A stretch of 64,000 nucleotides of DNA from Pyrinomonadaceae bacterium. GTDB lineage: Bacteria; Acidobacteriota; Blastocatellia; Pyrinomonadales; Pyrinomonadaceae. The stretch covers positions 72,337-136,336 of the forward strand of contig CAVZXI010000014.1 in NCBI GenBank assembly GCA_963779235.1. The letters are read 5' to 3'. Made by a program: the position numbers and the translations under genes. Position 1 is the first letter of the stretch, and the number at the start of each line of letters is the position of its first letter. Shown here piece after piece: positions 26,901 to 36,899 of the stretch. A model generated the notes under the pieces. It did no database searches. It was not told the origin of the DNA and worked only from the letters and a program-made list of their open reading frames with translations.

Positions 26901-27241
26901 CTATTGTCTTGACTTAAAGCAGAGGCTTGCTGCGGAGACATTTCAACCGCATAGCCTTTGATAGCTCGGCTGTATAATTTATGAACTCTTCCACCATATA
27001 ACAAAGATAAATCGGCAACCGCTTTCCGAACTTTCTCATCTTCTATCTGGTTATTGGGAAACCCCACTATTGCGCCGCCAACATCTTTTAAGACAACGAT
27101 ATAATGATTAGGAATCGCTTGCTTGGATTTTTTAAATTTATCATTGTTTTGTGAATAAACGGTTGGGCATAAAAGTGATTGTAGGATTGTCAATAAAAAT
27201 AGAACCAGAAGTAGATTGAGTTTTTTCATTTCTTTTAGCAA
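26890..27241 (-). pseudogene. Signal peptide plus peptidase-inhibitor I9 (subtilase propeptide) fragment, truncated at the IS end
   Basis: HYIVVLKD...YGGRVHKLYSRAIKGYAVEMSPQQASALSQDNRVKY is an I9-like propeptide. The ORF tail (NTFAKLGGRNG...) is the antisense of the IS right end, and no catalytic S8 domain follows. Confidence 0.5.
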
Positions 27242-27601
27242 AATTAAGTTTCAAGAAATTGAGGAAAGAAGCTAAAAAGACTTATTCTCCCAATTTTCTT
27301 TGCCGGTTAAAAACAAGAATTTTTAACTTCCTAGAATATAAAGATTTCGTCCGGGGCAATTATGTTAGTAGAACTGCGATGACAGTTATCTGCTTAGTAA
27401 ATATCTAAGAAATTATAATTCAGATTCATAAAACTGTAAATAAATTTTTAAGCTGGCGGAAAATCTGGATTTATGAGGGCTTTATGAGTATATTGAGAAC
27501 AAACGGAATTCTTGAACTATTCAAAAAAAATCTAGCATTCAAATTTAGATTTCGTGTATAGTTGTTGCAAAATCGAAAAATTCTAACTGAAAACCTTCTT
27601 T

Positions 27602-29986
27602 ATGTTTGAACGTTACACGGAAAAAGCTCGGCGGGTGATATTTTTTGCTCGTTATGAGGCATTGCAATACGGCTCGCTGGTGATTTCGCCCGAACATATT
27701 TTGCTTGGGCTGATGCGCGAAGACAAAACTATGTCCGCACGTTTCTTCCCGTTTCGCTCCAGCCTGACGGTTGACGCGATTCGGCGCGAAGTCGAAAGCA
27801 GAATAGTTTTGCGCGAAAAAATGCCTCAATCTGCCGAACTTCATCTCGCTCCTGAAACTAAACGGATTTTGGCTTTTGCCCGCGAAGAAAGCGAACGTCT
27901 GCGAAGTCGCACTATCGGAACAGAGCATCTCCTTCTCGGACTTTTGCGCGAAGATACTTCCATCGCATCGGAAATACTTTACGGACAAGGACTTCGGCTC
28001 CAAGGCGTGCGCGAAGAAATTTCCCGTCAAACAGGTCTGCCAACTTTTTCAAACGCAGATTCAGCCAAAAAAGAGACTCCGCATCTTTCGGAATACACCA
28101 GAGATTTGACCAATGATGCCGCTAACGGAAAACTTGACCCATTAGTCGGACGTGAAAATGAAGTCGAACGAATTGTCGAAATTCTCTGTCGGCGAACGAA
28201 GAATAATCCGGTTTTAATTGGCGAACCCGGAGTCGGTAAAACTGCGATTATCGAAGGTCTGGCTCAACGCATTATTGACGGCAACGTGCCTTCGTTTTTA
28301 GAAGATAAACGAATTTTGTCGCTTGATTTATCACTCATTGTTGCGGGAACAAAATATCGCGGACAATTTGAAGAGCGTCTCAAACAGATTATGAAAGAAT
28401 TGGTCGAACACGATCAATATATTATTTTCATTGACGAATTGCACACTTTGGTTGGGGCTGGCTCGGCAGAAGGTTCTTTGGACGCGGCAAATATTCTCAA
28501 ACCTGCGCTTTCACGAGGCGAATTTCAATGTATCGGCGCAACCACGCCCAATGAATTTCGTAAATCAATCGAAAAAGACCGCTCGCTCGAAAGACGTTTT
28601 CAATCGGTCAAAGTCGTTCCGCCAAATGAAGAAGAGGCTCTCAAAATTATCGAAGGTCTTGCCGAACGCTACGAAGCATTTCATCAAATTCGCTATTCCA
28701 AAGAAGCCCTCGAAGCCGCAGTTTTTCAATCAAATCGTTATATTCCCGACAGATTTTTGCCCGATAAAGCGATTGACGTTTTGGACGAAGCCGGTTCACG
28801 CGCCAAACTTCGTTATCAAAACGATGGCGAACCTTCGTGGAAAGAAACCGTCACCAATTGGAAACGAGCGACCATTGATGAAGATAAACTGCTTTCTTTT
28901 GAACTGAAAAATTTGGAAGATTCGTTCTTTGCGGTTGAGGTGAGCAAAGAAGATGTGGAAGAAGTAATTTCCCGTTGGACAGGGATTCCAATCACCGCTA
29001 TCAAACAGGAAGAAGCGCAAAAATTGCTCAAAATTGAAGGCGAACTCCATCGCCGAATTATTTCGCAACGTCCGGCAATTTCAGCCCTCGCACGAGCGAT
29101 TCGGCGTTCGCGGGCGGGTTTGAAAAATCCATCTCGTCCGGTTGGCTCATTTTTGTTTTTAGGTCCCACCGGAGTTGGCAAAACCGAAGTGGCGCGAAGC
29201 CTCGCTGAATTTCTTTTCGGTTCGGAAAAGTCTCTGATTCGCTTCGATATGTCCGAATATATGGAAAAACACGCAGTGGCGAAATTTATCGGCTCGCCTC
29301 CGGGGTATATCGGACACGATGAAGGCGGACAATTGACCGAAAAATTACGCCGCACGCCATATTCAGTCGTGCTTTTTGACGAGGTGGAAAAAGCGCATCC
29401 CGATTTATTCAATGTCCTTTTGCAAGTTTTTGAAGACGGGGTTTTGACCGATTCACAAGGCAACACGATTGATTGCAAAAATGCAATTTTTATAATGACT
29501 TCCAACATTGGCGCAAGATATATTCAAAAGCGAACTGCACTCGGTTTTCAGGCAAACGCCGAAACTTCGCGCGAAAAAATGGAAGAACAAGTGATGTCCA
29601 ACGTCAAGCAAACCTTTTCACCCGAATTTATCAATCGTTTGGACGAAATCATTATTTTTGACGAATTGATTGAGCAAGATTTATTGCAAATCGTTGATTT
29701 ACAAGTCGGAAAACTCAATGAAATGCTGGAAAAACACGCTTTGCAAGTTCGGCTGACAAGTGATGCCAAACTTTGGTTAATCGAAAAAACTTGTGCTGAT
29801 CGAAGCTATGGCGCGCGTCCTCTGCGCCGGGCGTTGCAAAAATATGTTGAAGATGAACTCTCCGAAGCCTTGATTCAAGGCGAACTGACAGGCGAAAGTT
29901 TGGTCGAAATTTACAGCGAAAATGACAAGCTAAAATATCGCCCGATTTCGATTGAAGCAACTAGAGATGTGTTGGCAGTCGGTTAA
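27602..29986 (+). CDS. clpC: ATP-dependent Clp protease ATP-binding subunit ClpC-type (class I AAA+)
   Basis: Clp N repeats ([13 protein letters not shown]...), two Walker A sites GEPGVGKTA and GPTGVGKTE, and the second-module motifs. Confidence 0.9.
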   Translation: MFERYTEKARRVIFFARYEALQYGSLVISPEHILLGLMREDKTMSARFFPFRSSLTVDAIRREVESRIVLREKMPQSAELHLAPETKRILAFAREESERLRSRTIGTEHLLLGLLREDTSIASEILYGQGLRLQGVREEISRQTGLPTFSNADSAKKETPHLSEYTRDLTNDAANGKLDPLVGRENEVERIVEILCRRTKNNPVLIGEPGVGKTAIIEGLAQRIIDGNVPSFLEDKRILSLDLSLIVAGTKYRGQFEERLKQIMKELVEHDQYIIFIDELHTLVGAGSAEGSLDAANILKPALSRGEFQCIGATTPNEFRKSIEKDRSLERRFQSVKVVPPNEEEALKIIEGLAERYEAFHQIRYSKEALEAAVFQSNRYIPDRFLPDKAIDVLDEAGSRAKLRYQNDGEPSWKETVTNWKRATIDEDKLLSFELKNLEDSFFAVEVSKEDVEEVISRWTGIPITAIKQEEAQKLLKIEGELHRRIISQRPAISALARAIRRSRAGLKNPSRPVGSFLFLGPTGVGKTEVARSLAEFLFGSEKSLIRFDMSEYMEKHAVAKFIGSPPGYIGHDEGGQLTEKLRRTPYSVVLFDEVEKAHPDLFNVLLQVFEDGVLTDSQGNTIDCKNAIFIMTSNIGARYIQKRTALGFQANAETSREKMEEQVMSNVKQTFSPEFINRLDEIIIFDELIEQDLLQIVDLQVGKLNEMLEKHALQVRLTSDAKLWLIEKTCADRSYGARPLRRALQKYVEDELSEALIQGELTGESLVEIYSENDKLKYRPISIEATRDVLAVG

Positions 29987-30269
29987 AAATTGTAAAAATT
30001 GAGTAAAAAAGCGCACGACCTTTAGTTTAATTGTCTTGTGCTTTTCGCTTTTTGGGCATTTCCTAGTATAATTTCGAAGTTTGATAGGAAAATTAGCAAG
30101 AGGCAACCTGAAACTAAGTGACTGAATCAAAGTTTGCGTAACCCGCAAGCAAGCTAAACTTGGTTTGATTACTAAAAAAATTTAGCGACAATTCTTTGAA
30201 TCTGAAATTTAGGTTTGGTTGAGTTTTTAGCTTTAAAAATCTTGCCAGCAATTATAAGGAAACGGCTTT

Positions 30270-33200
30270 ATGCAAATATTTCGCACTTTAGGACTCGTTT
30301 TATTAAGTTTTATTTTGGCAGCCATTTCGGTTGAAGCCAAAGTGTTTGACGACCCGAAAAATAGTCCCAAAATCGAAACCCAACAGCAATTAGTTGAAAA
30401 TGTTGATATTCAAGGTAATCGCCGTCTGCGTGATGACGATTTGCTTTATTACATCAAAACCCGTCAGGGCGATGTCTTTAATGCACAACAACTTGAGCGC
30501 GATTTGAAAGAATTGCTTTCGCTCAATTTCTTCGATAAAACCAAAACCAAGGTTTTAACTGAAGACGGTCCACGTGGTGGAGTCAACGTCATCTTTGAAG
30601 TTGCCGAACTTCCGATTATCCGTGATTTGCAGTTTCAGGGCGCGAAAGCCTTGGCAGAATCCGATATTTTGAAAAAGTTCCGCGAAGACCGCGTGGGAAT
30701 CTCCAAAGAAGCCATTTTTAATCCCGTCAACGTTCAAAAAGCTAACCGCGTCATCCGCGAATTGCTTGCCTCGAAAGGTTTTCCCAACGCCAAAGTCGAA
30801 GTCAAACGTGAAGAGGTTTCCGCCACTTCGATTGCTCTGACTTTTGTAGTTGAACAAGGAAATAAGTCGAGAATTGTCGAAATTGATTTTGAAGGTAACG
30901 AACATTTCAAGGATGGAGAACTTCGCGGCGCACTCGAACTGGTTAAAAAGACCGGACTTATCTCGCGTTTTAAAGGTCAAGACATTTTAGATTTGCGAAA
31001 ACTTCAATATGATTTGCAGAAAAATGTCACGGAATATATGCGTTCAAAGGGTTATTTCCAAGCGAGAATTGGCGAACCCGAAGTAGTCGGACTCGGCTAC
31101 AAACGCACCAGTTTCTTGCCATTTCTGATGCTCCCTTTAATTTCTTCAAAAGATGATACTTTGAAGATTGTCGTTCCCGTCACCGAAGGCAGAATTTTTC
31201 GGGTCGGCGAACTCAAGGTCGAAGGAAACTCAATCTTTTCCGAGCAACAGATTCTCGGCTACGTTGGACTACAAAAAGGTGAAATCGCTGATGGAAAGCG
31301 TCTTCGCGCCGCACTCTATGAAGATTTGAAAAAGGTCTATGGCGCGCAAGGCTTTGTGCTTTATGATGCCGAGCTAGACCCTGATTTTAAAGATAATCCG
31401 GCTAATCCAAAAGAAGGAATCGTGGATGTAAAAATCACGATTGACGAAGGCAAACAATTCAGACTGCGCCGTTTGGAATTTACCGGCAACACATTTACCC
31501 GCGATCGCGTTTTGCGCCGTGAAATGCTGATCAATGAAGGCGATATTTACAACCAAATCGGTCTTGAAAATTCAATTTTGCGCTTGAATCAAACCCAATA
31601 TTTTGATCCGCTGGATAAAGATAAAGACGTTGAAATTCGCACCGATGAAGAACAAGGCGATGTTGATTTAATTGTCAAAGTCAGAGAAAAAGGCAGACAG
31701 CAAATTCAGTTTAACGGCGGAGTTTCGGGCGTTGGCGGTTCGTTTTTTGGTTTGGAATATTCAACCAACAACCTGCTCGGACGCGGTGAAACGCTAGCAC
31801 TCAATTTTGGTTTCGGAAATCGTCAAAGTAATTTTCAGTTTTCATTCCAAGAACCCTATTTTAGAGACCGTCCGATTACCGTAGGTTTTTCAATCTTTGG
31901 CTCACGGGCAAAATTTTTCGGGCAAGGCACGTTTCTTTCGGAAAATTTGGATGCCGTGATAGGAGCTTTGAATCCGAATGGCACGGTTTTAACGGATGAT
32001 TCAAATCTATTTACCCAAACTACTTACGGCGCATCTATTTTTGCCACCGCGCCGCTTTCCGAAGTCTTTTTCAAAAAGAGCCGTTGGACTCAGTTTTCGC
32101 GGGTTGGCTTAACTTATCAATATTCCGCCACCAAGATTACCGATCCGCCGGTCAATAGCGGTAGCGATCCGACCAAATTTATTCCGATTGTTTTTGCCCA
32201 GCCTAATATTACAACCAGCCGTGTGACAGCCAGTTTTGTTTATGATACCCGACGACCTTCGGGTAATGGCATTGATATGCTTTCGGGCAGACAATTGGCA
32301 ATCAATATGGCTTTTTCAGGCTTGGGCGGTGATGTCAGAACCTATCAGCCAAGTCTTAGTTACACGCAATTTATTCCTGTCCGTCGTAAAAATTCGCCAA
32401 ATGCAGAAGTCTTCGGCTTCAGAATTTTAGCCGGAACTATCGGAAGTTTTGCGACGACCGATAAAATTCGCAACGCAAATTCGCTGTCATTTATTGGCGG
32501 TGTTCCTTTATACGAAAGATATTTCTTAGGCAGTGAAAATGATATTCGCGGTTATAATAGTCGCTCGATTGGTCCGATTGCAATAGTTGACAGCTATTTG
32601 ATTACCAGAAATGTGGTAATTGCCACCAGCGGGATTGGAACGCCGGTAGCAGATACAGGCGTTTTAACCGATGCCGCTAGATCAGCTTTGATTGCAGCCG
32701 GAACATTTACCACCCCGGGCGGAGGTAATTCGCTTTTAACCAATCAGTATCCGCAAACAATTGGCGGTGACACTCAACTTTTAGGCAACTTTGAATATCG
32801 AGTGCCAATTTTTGGTCCGGTTGTTTTGGCGGCTTTCGCAGATATTGGAACAGTCTTTAATCGGCAGAAGGGTGGGGTTCAACAAATTAGCAGTAACTTT
32901 TTGCCCGATCAGCCCTTCTTAGGAAACGGCTCAATTGGAAATGCTATCTTCGCTCAGAAATTTGCGGATAATGCTTTTTTCCAACAAAATCCGTTTCTTG
33001 GCACGCCGTTTTTAACCACGGGCGGTTTTATAATTAAAGACGATGGCAATCTGATCACGAAAACCGATTATCAATCAACCTATTGCACTACTGACGCAAC
33101 TACAACTTTTGTAACTTGCCCGGCTGCGCTTCCAACCGGATTTAGAGAAGTATTTCTTCGTGGAGATGCCCAAACCAGTCAACTTATTAACATTAAGGAT

Positions 33201-33401
33201 AGCGTGTTTTCCGGTATTAAAGATTTCCGTTCGAGCGTTGGGCTTGAGTTAAGAGTGCAAGTTCCGATTGTTAATGTTCCGTTTCGTCTGATTTACTTTT
33301 ACAATCCAAATGCTAAAATTGGACAGACCGCCGAATTACCGGGCATCTTTTTACCCGGCAAGCGAAATGGTTGGCGTTTTACCGTTGGTCGAACTTTCTA
33401 G
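30270..33401 (+). CDS. bamA: Outer membrane protein assembly factor BamA (long form, 1043 aa)
   Basis: Signal peptide, then POTRA repeats (V..I.I.GN..., GY..A.V), then a C-terminal barrel ending WRFTVGRTF. The bamA-skp-fabZ-lpxA context is conserved. Confidence 0.85.
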   Translation: MQIFRTLGLVLLSFILAAISVEAKVFDDPKNSPKIETQQQLVENVDIQGNRRLRDDDLLYYIKTRQGDVFNAQQLERDLKELLSLNFFDKTKTKVLTEDGPRGGVNVIFEVAELPIIRDLQFQGAKALAESDILKKFREDRVGISKEAIFNPVNVQKANRVIRELLASKGFPNAKVEVKREEVSATSIALTFVVEQGNKSRIVEIDFEGNEHFKDGELRGALELVKKTGLISRFKGQDILDLRKLQYDLQKNVTEYMRSKGYFQARIGEPEVVGLGYKRTSFLPFLMLPLISSKDDTLKIVVPVTEGRIFRVGELKVEGNSIFSEQQILGYVGLQKGEIADGKRLRAALYEDLKKVYGAQGFVLYDAELDPDFKDNPANPKEGIVDVKITIDEGKQFRLRRLEFTGNTFTRDRVLRREMLINEGDIYNQIGLENSILRLNQTQYFDPLDKDKDVEIRTDEEQGDVDLIVKVREKGRQQIQFNGGVSGVGGSFFGLEYSTNNLLGRGETLALNFGFGNRQSNFQFSFQEPYFRDRPITVGFSIFGSRAKFFGQGTFLSENLDAVIGALNPNGTVLTDDSNLFTQTTYGASIFATAPLSEVFFKKSRWTQFSRVGLTYQYSATKITDPPVNSGSDPTKFIPIVFAQPNITTSRVTASFVYDTRRPSGNGIDMLSGRQLAINMAFSGLGGDVRTYQPSLSYTQFIPVRRKNSPNAEVFGFRILAGTIGSFATTDKIRNANSLSFIGGVPLYERYFLGSENDIRGYNSRSIGPIAIVDSYLITRNVVIATSGIGTPVADTGVLTDAARSALIAAGTFTTPGGGNSLLTNQYPQTIGGDTQLLGNFEYRVPIFGPVVLAAFADIGTVFNRQKGGVQQISSNFLPDQPFLGNGSIGNAIFAQKFADNAFFQQNPFLGTPFLTTGGFIIKDDGNLITKTDYQSTYCTTDATTTFVTCPAALPTGFREVFLRGDAQTSQLINIKDSVFSGIKDFRSSVGLELRVQVPIVNVPFRLIYFYNPNAKIGQTAELPGIFLPGKRNGWRFTVGRTF

Positions 33402-33519
33402 GAATTTAAGTTATTTTTAAGAAAATAATAAGCAACAGTTTTGAAAAATAAGGTTTCAAAGGGTAGAGTCTAAAATTTGACAAAACCTTTTAAAAAGTTA
33501 AGGAGTATTACAAAAAATC

Positions 33520-34128
33520 ATGAAAACGATTCGTTTATTTGCCGTTAGTTTGTTCTTGGCGGCTGTTTTTTCAGTTTCAGCTATTGCCCAAACGGGCGCA
33601 CCTGCCACGTCAGGTAAAATTGTAGTTATCAATACCTACGCTTTCGGCGATGAAAAAGCCGGTATCACTAAATACATCAGTGCGTTTAAAACACTCAATG
33701 CGGAATTTACTCCGCTTGAGAATGAATTGCAAACGATGAACACTAAACTAACCGCATTAGCAAAAGAGATTCAAACTTTGCGAGATCAAGCGGCAGGTGG
33801 GAAAGTTCCGATTGATGAAAAAGCCGCGCAAGCTAAGGTTGATGAAGCCGAAAAATTACAACGCGACATCAAATTCAAATCCGAAGATGCCAAAGCCCGC
33901 TATGAACGCCGTCAACAAGCTATCATCGGACCGGTGATGCAGGATATTGGCAAAGCCCTTCAAGAATTTGCTAAACAAAAAGGCTATATGTTTATATTTG
34001 ATATTGCCAAAGATGATCAGGGTTTTCTCGTTGCAATTGGCGATGAAAAAGCAGATGTGACTAAAGATTTCGTCACTTTCTATAATGCGCGTCCGGCAAC
34101 TACGGCAACTACGGCAACGCCTAAGTAA
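33520..34128 (+). CDS. skp: OmpH/Skp family periplasmic chaperone
   Basis: Signal peptide, coiled-coil core, and position directly after bamA. Confidence 0.75.
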   Translation: MKTIRLFAVSLFLAAVFSVSAIAQTGAPATSGKIVVINTYAFGDEKAGITKYISAFKTLNAEFTPLENELQTMNTKLTALAKEIQTLRDQAAGGKVPIDEKAAQAKVDEAEKLQRDIKFKSEDAKARYERRQQAIIGPVMQDIGKALQEFAKQKGYMFIFDIAKDDQGFLVAIGDEKADVTKDFVTFYNARPATTATTATPK

Positions 34129-34216
34129 AAGACTTGTAGATATTTAGCTAATAGGTCAGAAGAGAGCGGTCTCCTCTGACCTTTAGCCTGTTTTTAGAAG
34201 GAGTATTTTCAAAAAA

Positions 34217-34798
34217 ATGAATAAATTTCGTTCAATTACTACATCTGTTTTTTTTATAATTTTAATTTCAATCTCGGTCTTTGCTCAAGTTCAACCTGCA
34301 CCAAAAATCGTTTTGATAAATACTGAGGCGTTTTATGATGAAAAAGCGGGCATTACAAAATTAGTTACTGCTACTAAACAGTTGGATGCAGAGTTTGCAG
34401 CGCGAATCAAAGAACTACAAGATGGTGGAACAAGACTTCAAACCATTGCCAAAGACCTTGAGAATATGCAAAAACTTCCTGCTGCTCAATTTAATCAAGT
34501 TTCATTTAATACTAAACGAGACGAGGGTGAGCGTCTCCAACGTGAACTTAATTACAAAAAAACCGAATTGGAAGCGGCTATTGCCAAACGTCGTGAAGTC
34601 CTAGTTGCTCCGATTAGTCGAGATATTGGCAAGGGAATTGATGAATTTTCTAAGAAAAATGGATATGGCGCAATTTTCGATGTCAGCAAATTAGCTGAGA
34701 GCGGGATTTTACTTTTTCTGGCTGATAGCGCAGATGTCACCAAAGAATTCATCACCTTTTACAATGCGCGTCCGGCAACGGCTGTCGCGCCAAAGTAA
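34217..34798 (+). CDS. skp: OmpH/Skp family periplasmic chaperone (second copy)
   Basis: Paralog of the preceding ORF. Both share ...AGITK..., ...VTKEFITFYNARPAT... Confidence 0.75.
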   Translation: MNKFRSITTSVFFIILISISVFAQVQPAPKIVLINTEAFYDEKAGITKLVTATKQLDAEFAARIKELQDGGTRLQTIAKDLENMQKLPAAQFNQVSFNTKRDEGERLQRELNYKKTELEAAIAKRREVLVAPISRDIGKGIDEFSKKNGYGAIFDVSKLAESGILLFLADSADVTKEFITFYNARPATAVAPK

Positions 34799-34816
34799 AA
34801 CTAGGTAGAAATTTTA

Positions 34817-34867
34817 AATCAGAAGTTAGTAGAAGGAGTTTCGGCTAGCTTCTGATTTCTTTATTTT
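34817..34867 (+). terminator. Putative terminator after the second skp
   Basis: Stem aatcagaagtta / tagcttctgatt (one G-U pair) followed by a T-rich tract. Confidence 0.5.
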
Positions 34868-34882
34868 GTATTCTATTGGGCT

Positions 34883-35323
34883 ATGAGCGTTTATGACATC
34901 AGGCAGATTCAAGAGATTCTGCCGCATCGCTATCCTTTTTTACTGGTGGATAAAATTATCGAAATCGTTCCGCGCAAGCGCATCGTTGGTCTCAAACAAG
35001 TGACGATGAACGAGTATTTTTTTCAGGGACATTTTCCCGAGATGCCGGTTATGCCAGGCGTTTTGCAAATTGAAGCATTGGCACAGGTTGGCGCAATTTT
35101 TGCCCTGCGAGAATTTGAAGATCGGAGTAGCAAAATTCCGCTTTTTACCGGAATTGATAAGGCACGTTTTCGCAAGGCAGTCGTGCCGGGGGACACACTG
35201 ATTTTAGAAGTGACGGCTTTACGCATCGGCAACAGAGTGCAAAAAATGTGGGGCGAAGCCAAGGTGAATGGCGAAATAACGGCGGAAGCCGAGATTATGT
35301 CGCTGATTGCAGATAGAAAATAA
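34883..35323 (+). CDS. fabZ: 3-hydroxyacyl-ACP dehydratase FabZ
   Basis: LPHRYPFLLVDKI...FFQGHFP..PVMPGVL... are the canonical FabZ motifs. Confidence 0.9.
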   Translation: MSVYDIRQIQEILPHRYPFLLVDKIIEIVPRKRIVGLKQVTMNEYFFQGHFPEMPVMPGVLQIEALAQVGAIFALREFEDRSSKIPLFTGIDKARFRKAVVPGDTLILEVTALRIGNRVQKMWGEAKVNGEITAEAEIMSLIADRK

Positions 35324-36102
35324 TGACGACATTTATTCATCCAACTGCCATCGTCAGCCCCAAAGCTAAAATCGGTGAAGGTTGCTACATCGGTGCATTT
35401 TCAATCATTGGAGATGAAGTTGAACTTGGCAAAAATGTTCGGCTCGAATCGCACGTTGTAGTGGACGGCAAAACTTTTATTGACAGCGAAACCAAAGTTT
35501 TCCCGTTTGTTTCCATCGGTTTAGCTCCGCAGGATTTGAAATACGGTGGCGAAATTACCGAAACCCGCATCGGCAAACGAAATCATATCCGAGAATTTGT
35601 GACGATTCATCGCGGAACGGCAAATGGTGGTGGTTTGACCAAAATTGGTAATGATAATTTGCTGATGGCGCAAGCGCACGTTGCCCACGATTGCAATCTC
35701 GGAAACGAAATCATAATGGCAAATGCCGCAACTCTGGCAGGTCACGTTACTATTTACGATAAAGCCAGTGTTGGTGCATATTCGGGCGTTCATCAATTTT
35801 GCCGGATTGGACGTGAAGCCTTTGTCGGCGGTTATTCCGTGGTCGTCAAAGATGCTCTGCCATTTGCCATTTCCCAAGGCAATCACGCCAAATGCTATGG
35901 CTTAAACAAAGTTGGGCTGAAACGCAAAGGCTATCCAAAGTCCACCATCGAAAAACTTCATCACGCTTATCACCTTTTGCTAACTTCTAAATTAAACACC
36001 ACTCAAGCAGTCGAAAAAATTCGAGCAGATATTTCCGATTGCGCGGAAGTTGATTATTTAGTTGAGTTTATCGAATCTTCAACACGAGGAGTGGTCAAAT
36101 GA
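35323..36102 (+). CDS. lpxA: Acyl-ACP--UDP-GlcNAc O-acyltransferase LpxA
   Basis: IHPTAIV start, hexapeptide repeats, and the C-terminal helical domain. ATGA overlap with fabZ. Confidence 0.9.
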   Translation: MTTFIHPTAIVSPKAKIGEGCYIGAFSIIGDEVELGKNVRLESHVVVDGKTFIDSETKVFPFVSIGLAPQDLKYGGEITETRIGKRNHIREFVTIHRGTANGGGLTKIGNDNLLMAQAHVAHDCNLGNEIIMANAATLAGHVTIYDKASVGAYSGVHQFCRIGREAFVGGYSVVVKDALPFAISQGNHAKCYGLNKVGLKRKGYPKSTIEKLHHAYHLLLTSKLNTTQAVEKIRADISDCAEVDYLVEFIESSTRGVVK

Positions 36103-36899
36103 CGTTTGGCTTGATTGCAGGCAACGGCAACTTTCCATTCCTTGTAGTCGAAGGAGCAAAAAAGGCTGGACAAAAATTGGTCGTTGCCGCCATTCGTGAA
36201 GAAACCGACAAACGCATCGAAGAAGTTGCCGATAAAGTCATCTGGGTTGGCATCGGTCAACTTGGCAAAATGATTAAATTTTTTAAATCGGAAGGCGTTG
36301 AAAGAGCAATAATGGCGGGACAAGTCAAGCACATTCAGATATTTAGTGGCGCATTTCCCGATTGGCGAATGGCTAAAATGCTCTACAATTTACCCCGCCG
36401 AAATACCGATTCGCTGATTGGCGGAATTGCTGATGAACTTGCCAAGGACGGCATTGAATTGATTGATTCAACCTATTTTATCCAAGACCAGCTCGCGCAC
36501 GAAGGAATTTTATCCAAACGTAAACCGACAGATATTGAACAAGGAAACATCGAATACGGTCTAAAAATCGCCAACGAAATTGCCCGACTTGATTTAGGGC
36601 AAACGATTGTCGTGCGAGCAAAAGCGTGTGTGGCGATTGAAGCTATGGAAGGAACAGACGCAACTATCAGACGGGCGGGCGAACTTGCCAAAGGAAAGCT
36701 AACTGTTGTTAAAGTCGCTAAACCCAATCAAGATATGCGTTTTGATGTTCCTGTCGTTGGAGTTCCAACTATAAACACAATGATTGAAGCGGGAGCAACT
36801 TGTTTGTGCGTTACTCCCCAAAAGACTTTGATTTTTAACCGCGAAGAGATGCTCAAACTCGCCAGTCAACACAAAATTTGCGTGATTGGTCAAAAATGA
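36099..36899 (+). CDS. lpxI: UDP-2,3-diacylglucosamine pyrophosphatase LpxI (DUF1009)
   Basis: GLIAGNGNFP..., LDLGQTIVV...AIEAMEGTD..I.RAG. It overlaps the lpxA stop. Confidence 0.75.
   Translation: MTFGLIAGNGNFPFLVVEGAKKAGQKLVVAAIREETDKRIEEVADKVIWVGIGQLGKMIKFFKSEGVERAIMAGQVKHIQIFSGAFPDWRMAKMLYNLPRRNTDSLIGGIADELAKDGIELIDSTYFIQDQLAHEGILSKRKPTDIEQGNIEYGLKIANEIARLDLGQTIVVRAKACVAIEAMEGTDATIRRAGELAKGKLTVVKVAKPNQDMRFDVPVVGVPTINTMIEAGATCLCVTPQKTLIFNREEMLKLASQHKICVIGQK

Noticed and set aside
30044-30072. A possible promoter for bamA (TTCGCT-N17-TATAAT) and a weak clpC terminator at about 30008-30050.
   Set aside because: The -35 match is poor (3 of 6), and the hairpin has only about 6 bp with a wobble. 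This is too weak to report as a feature.
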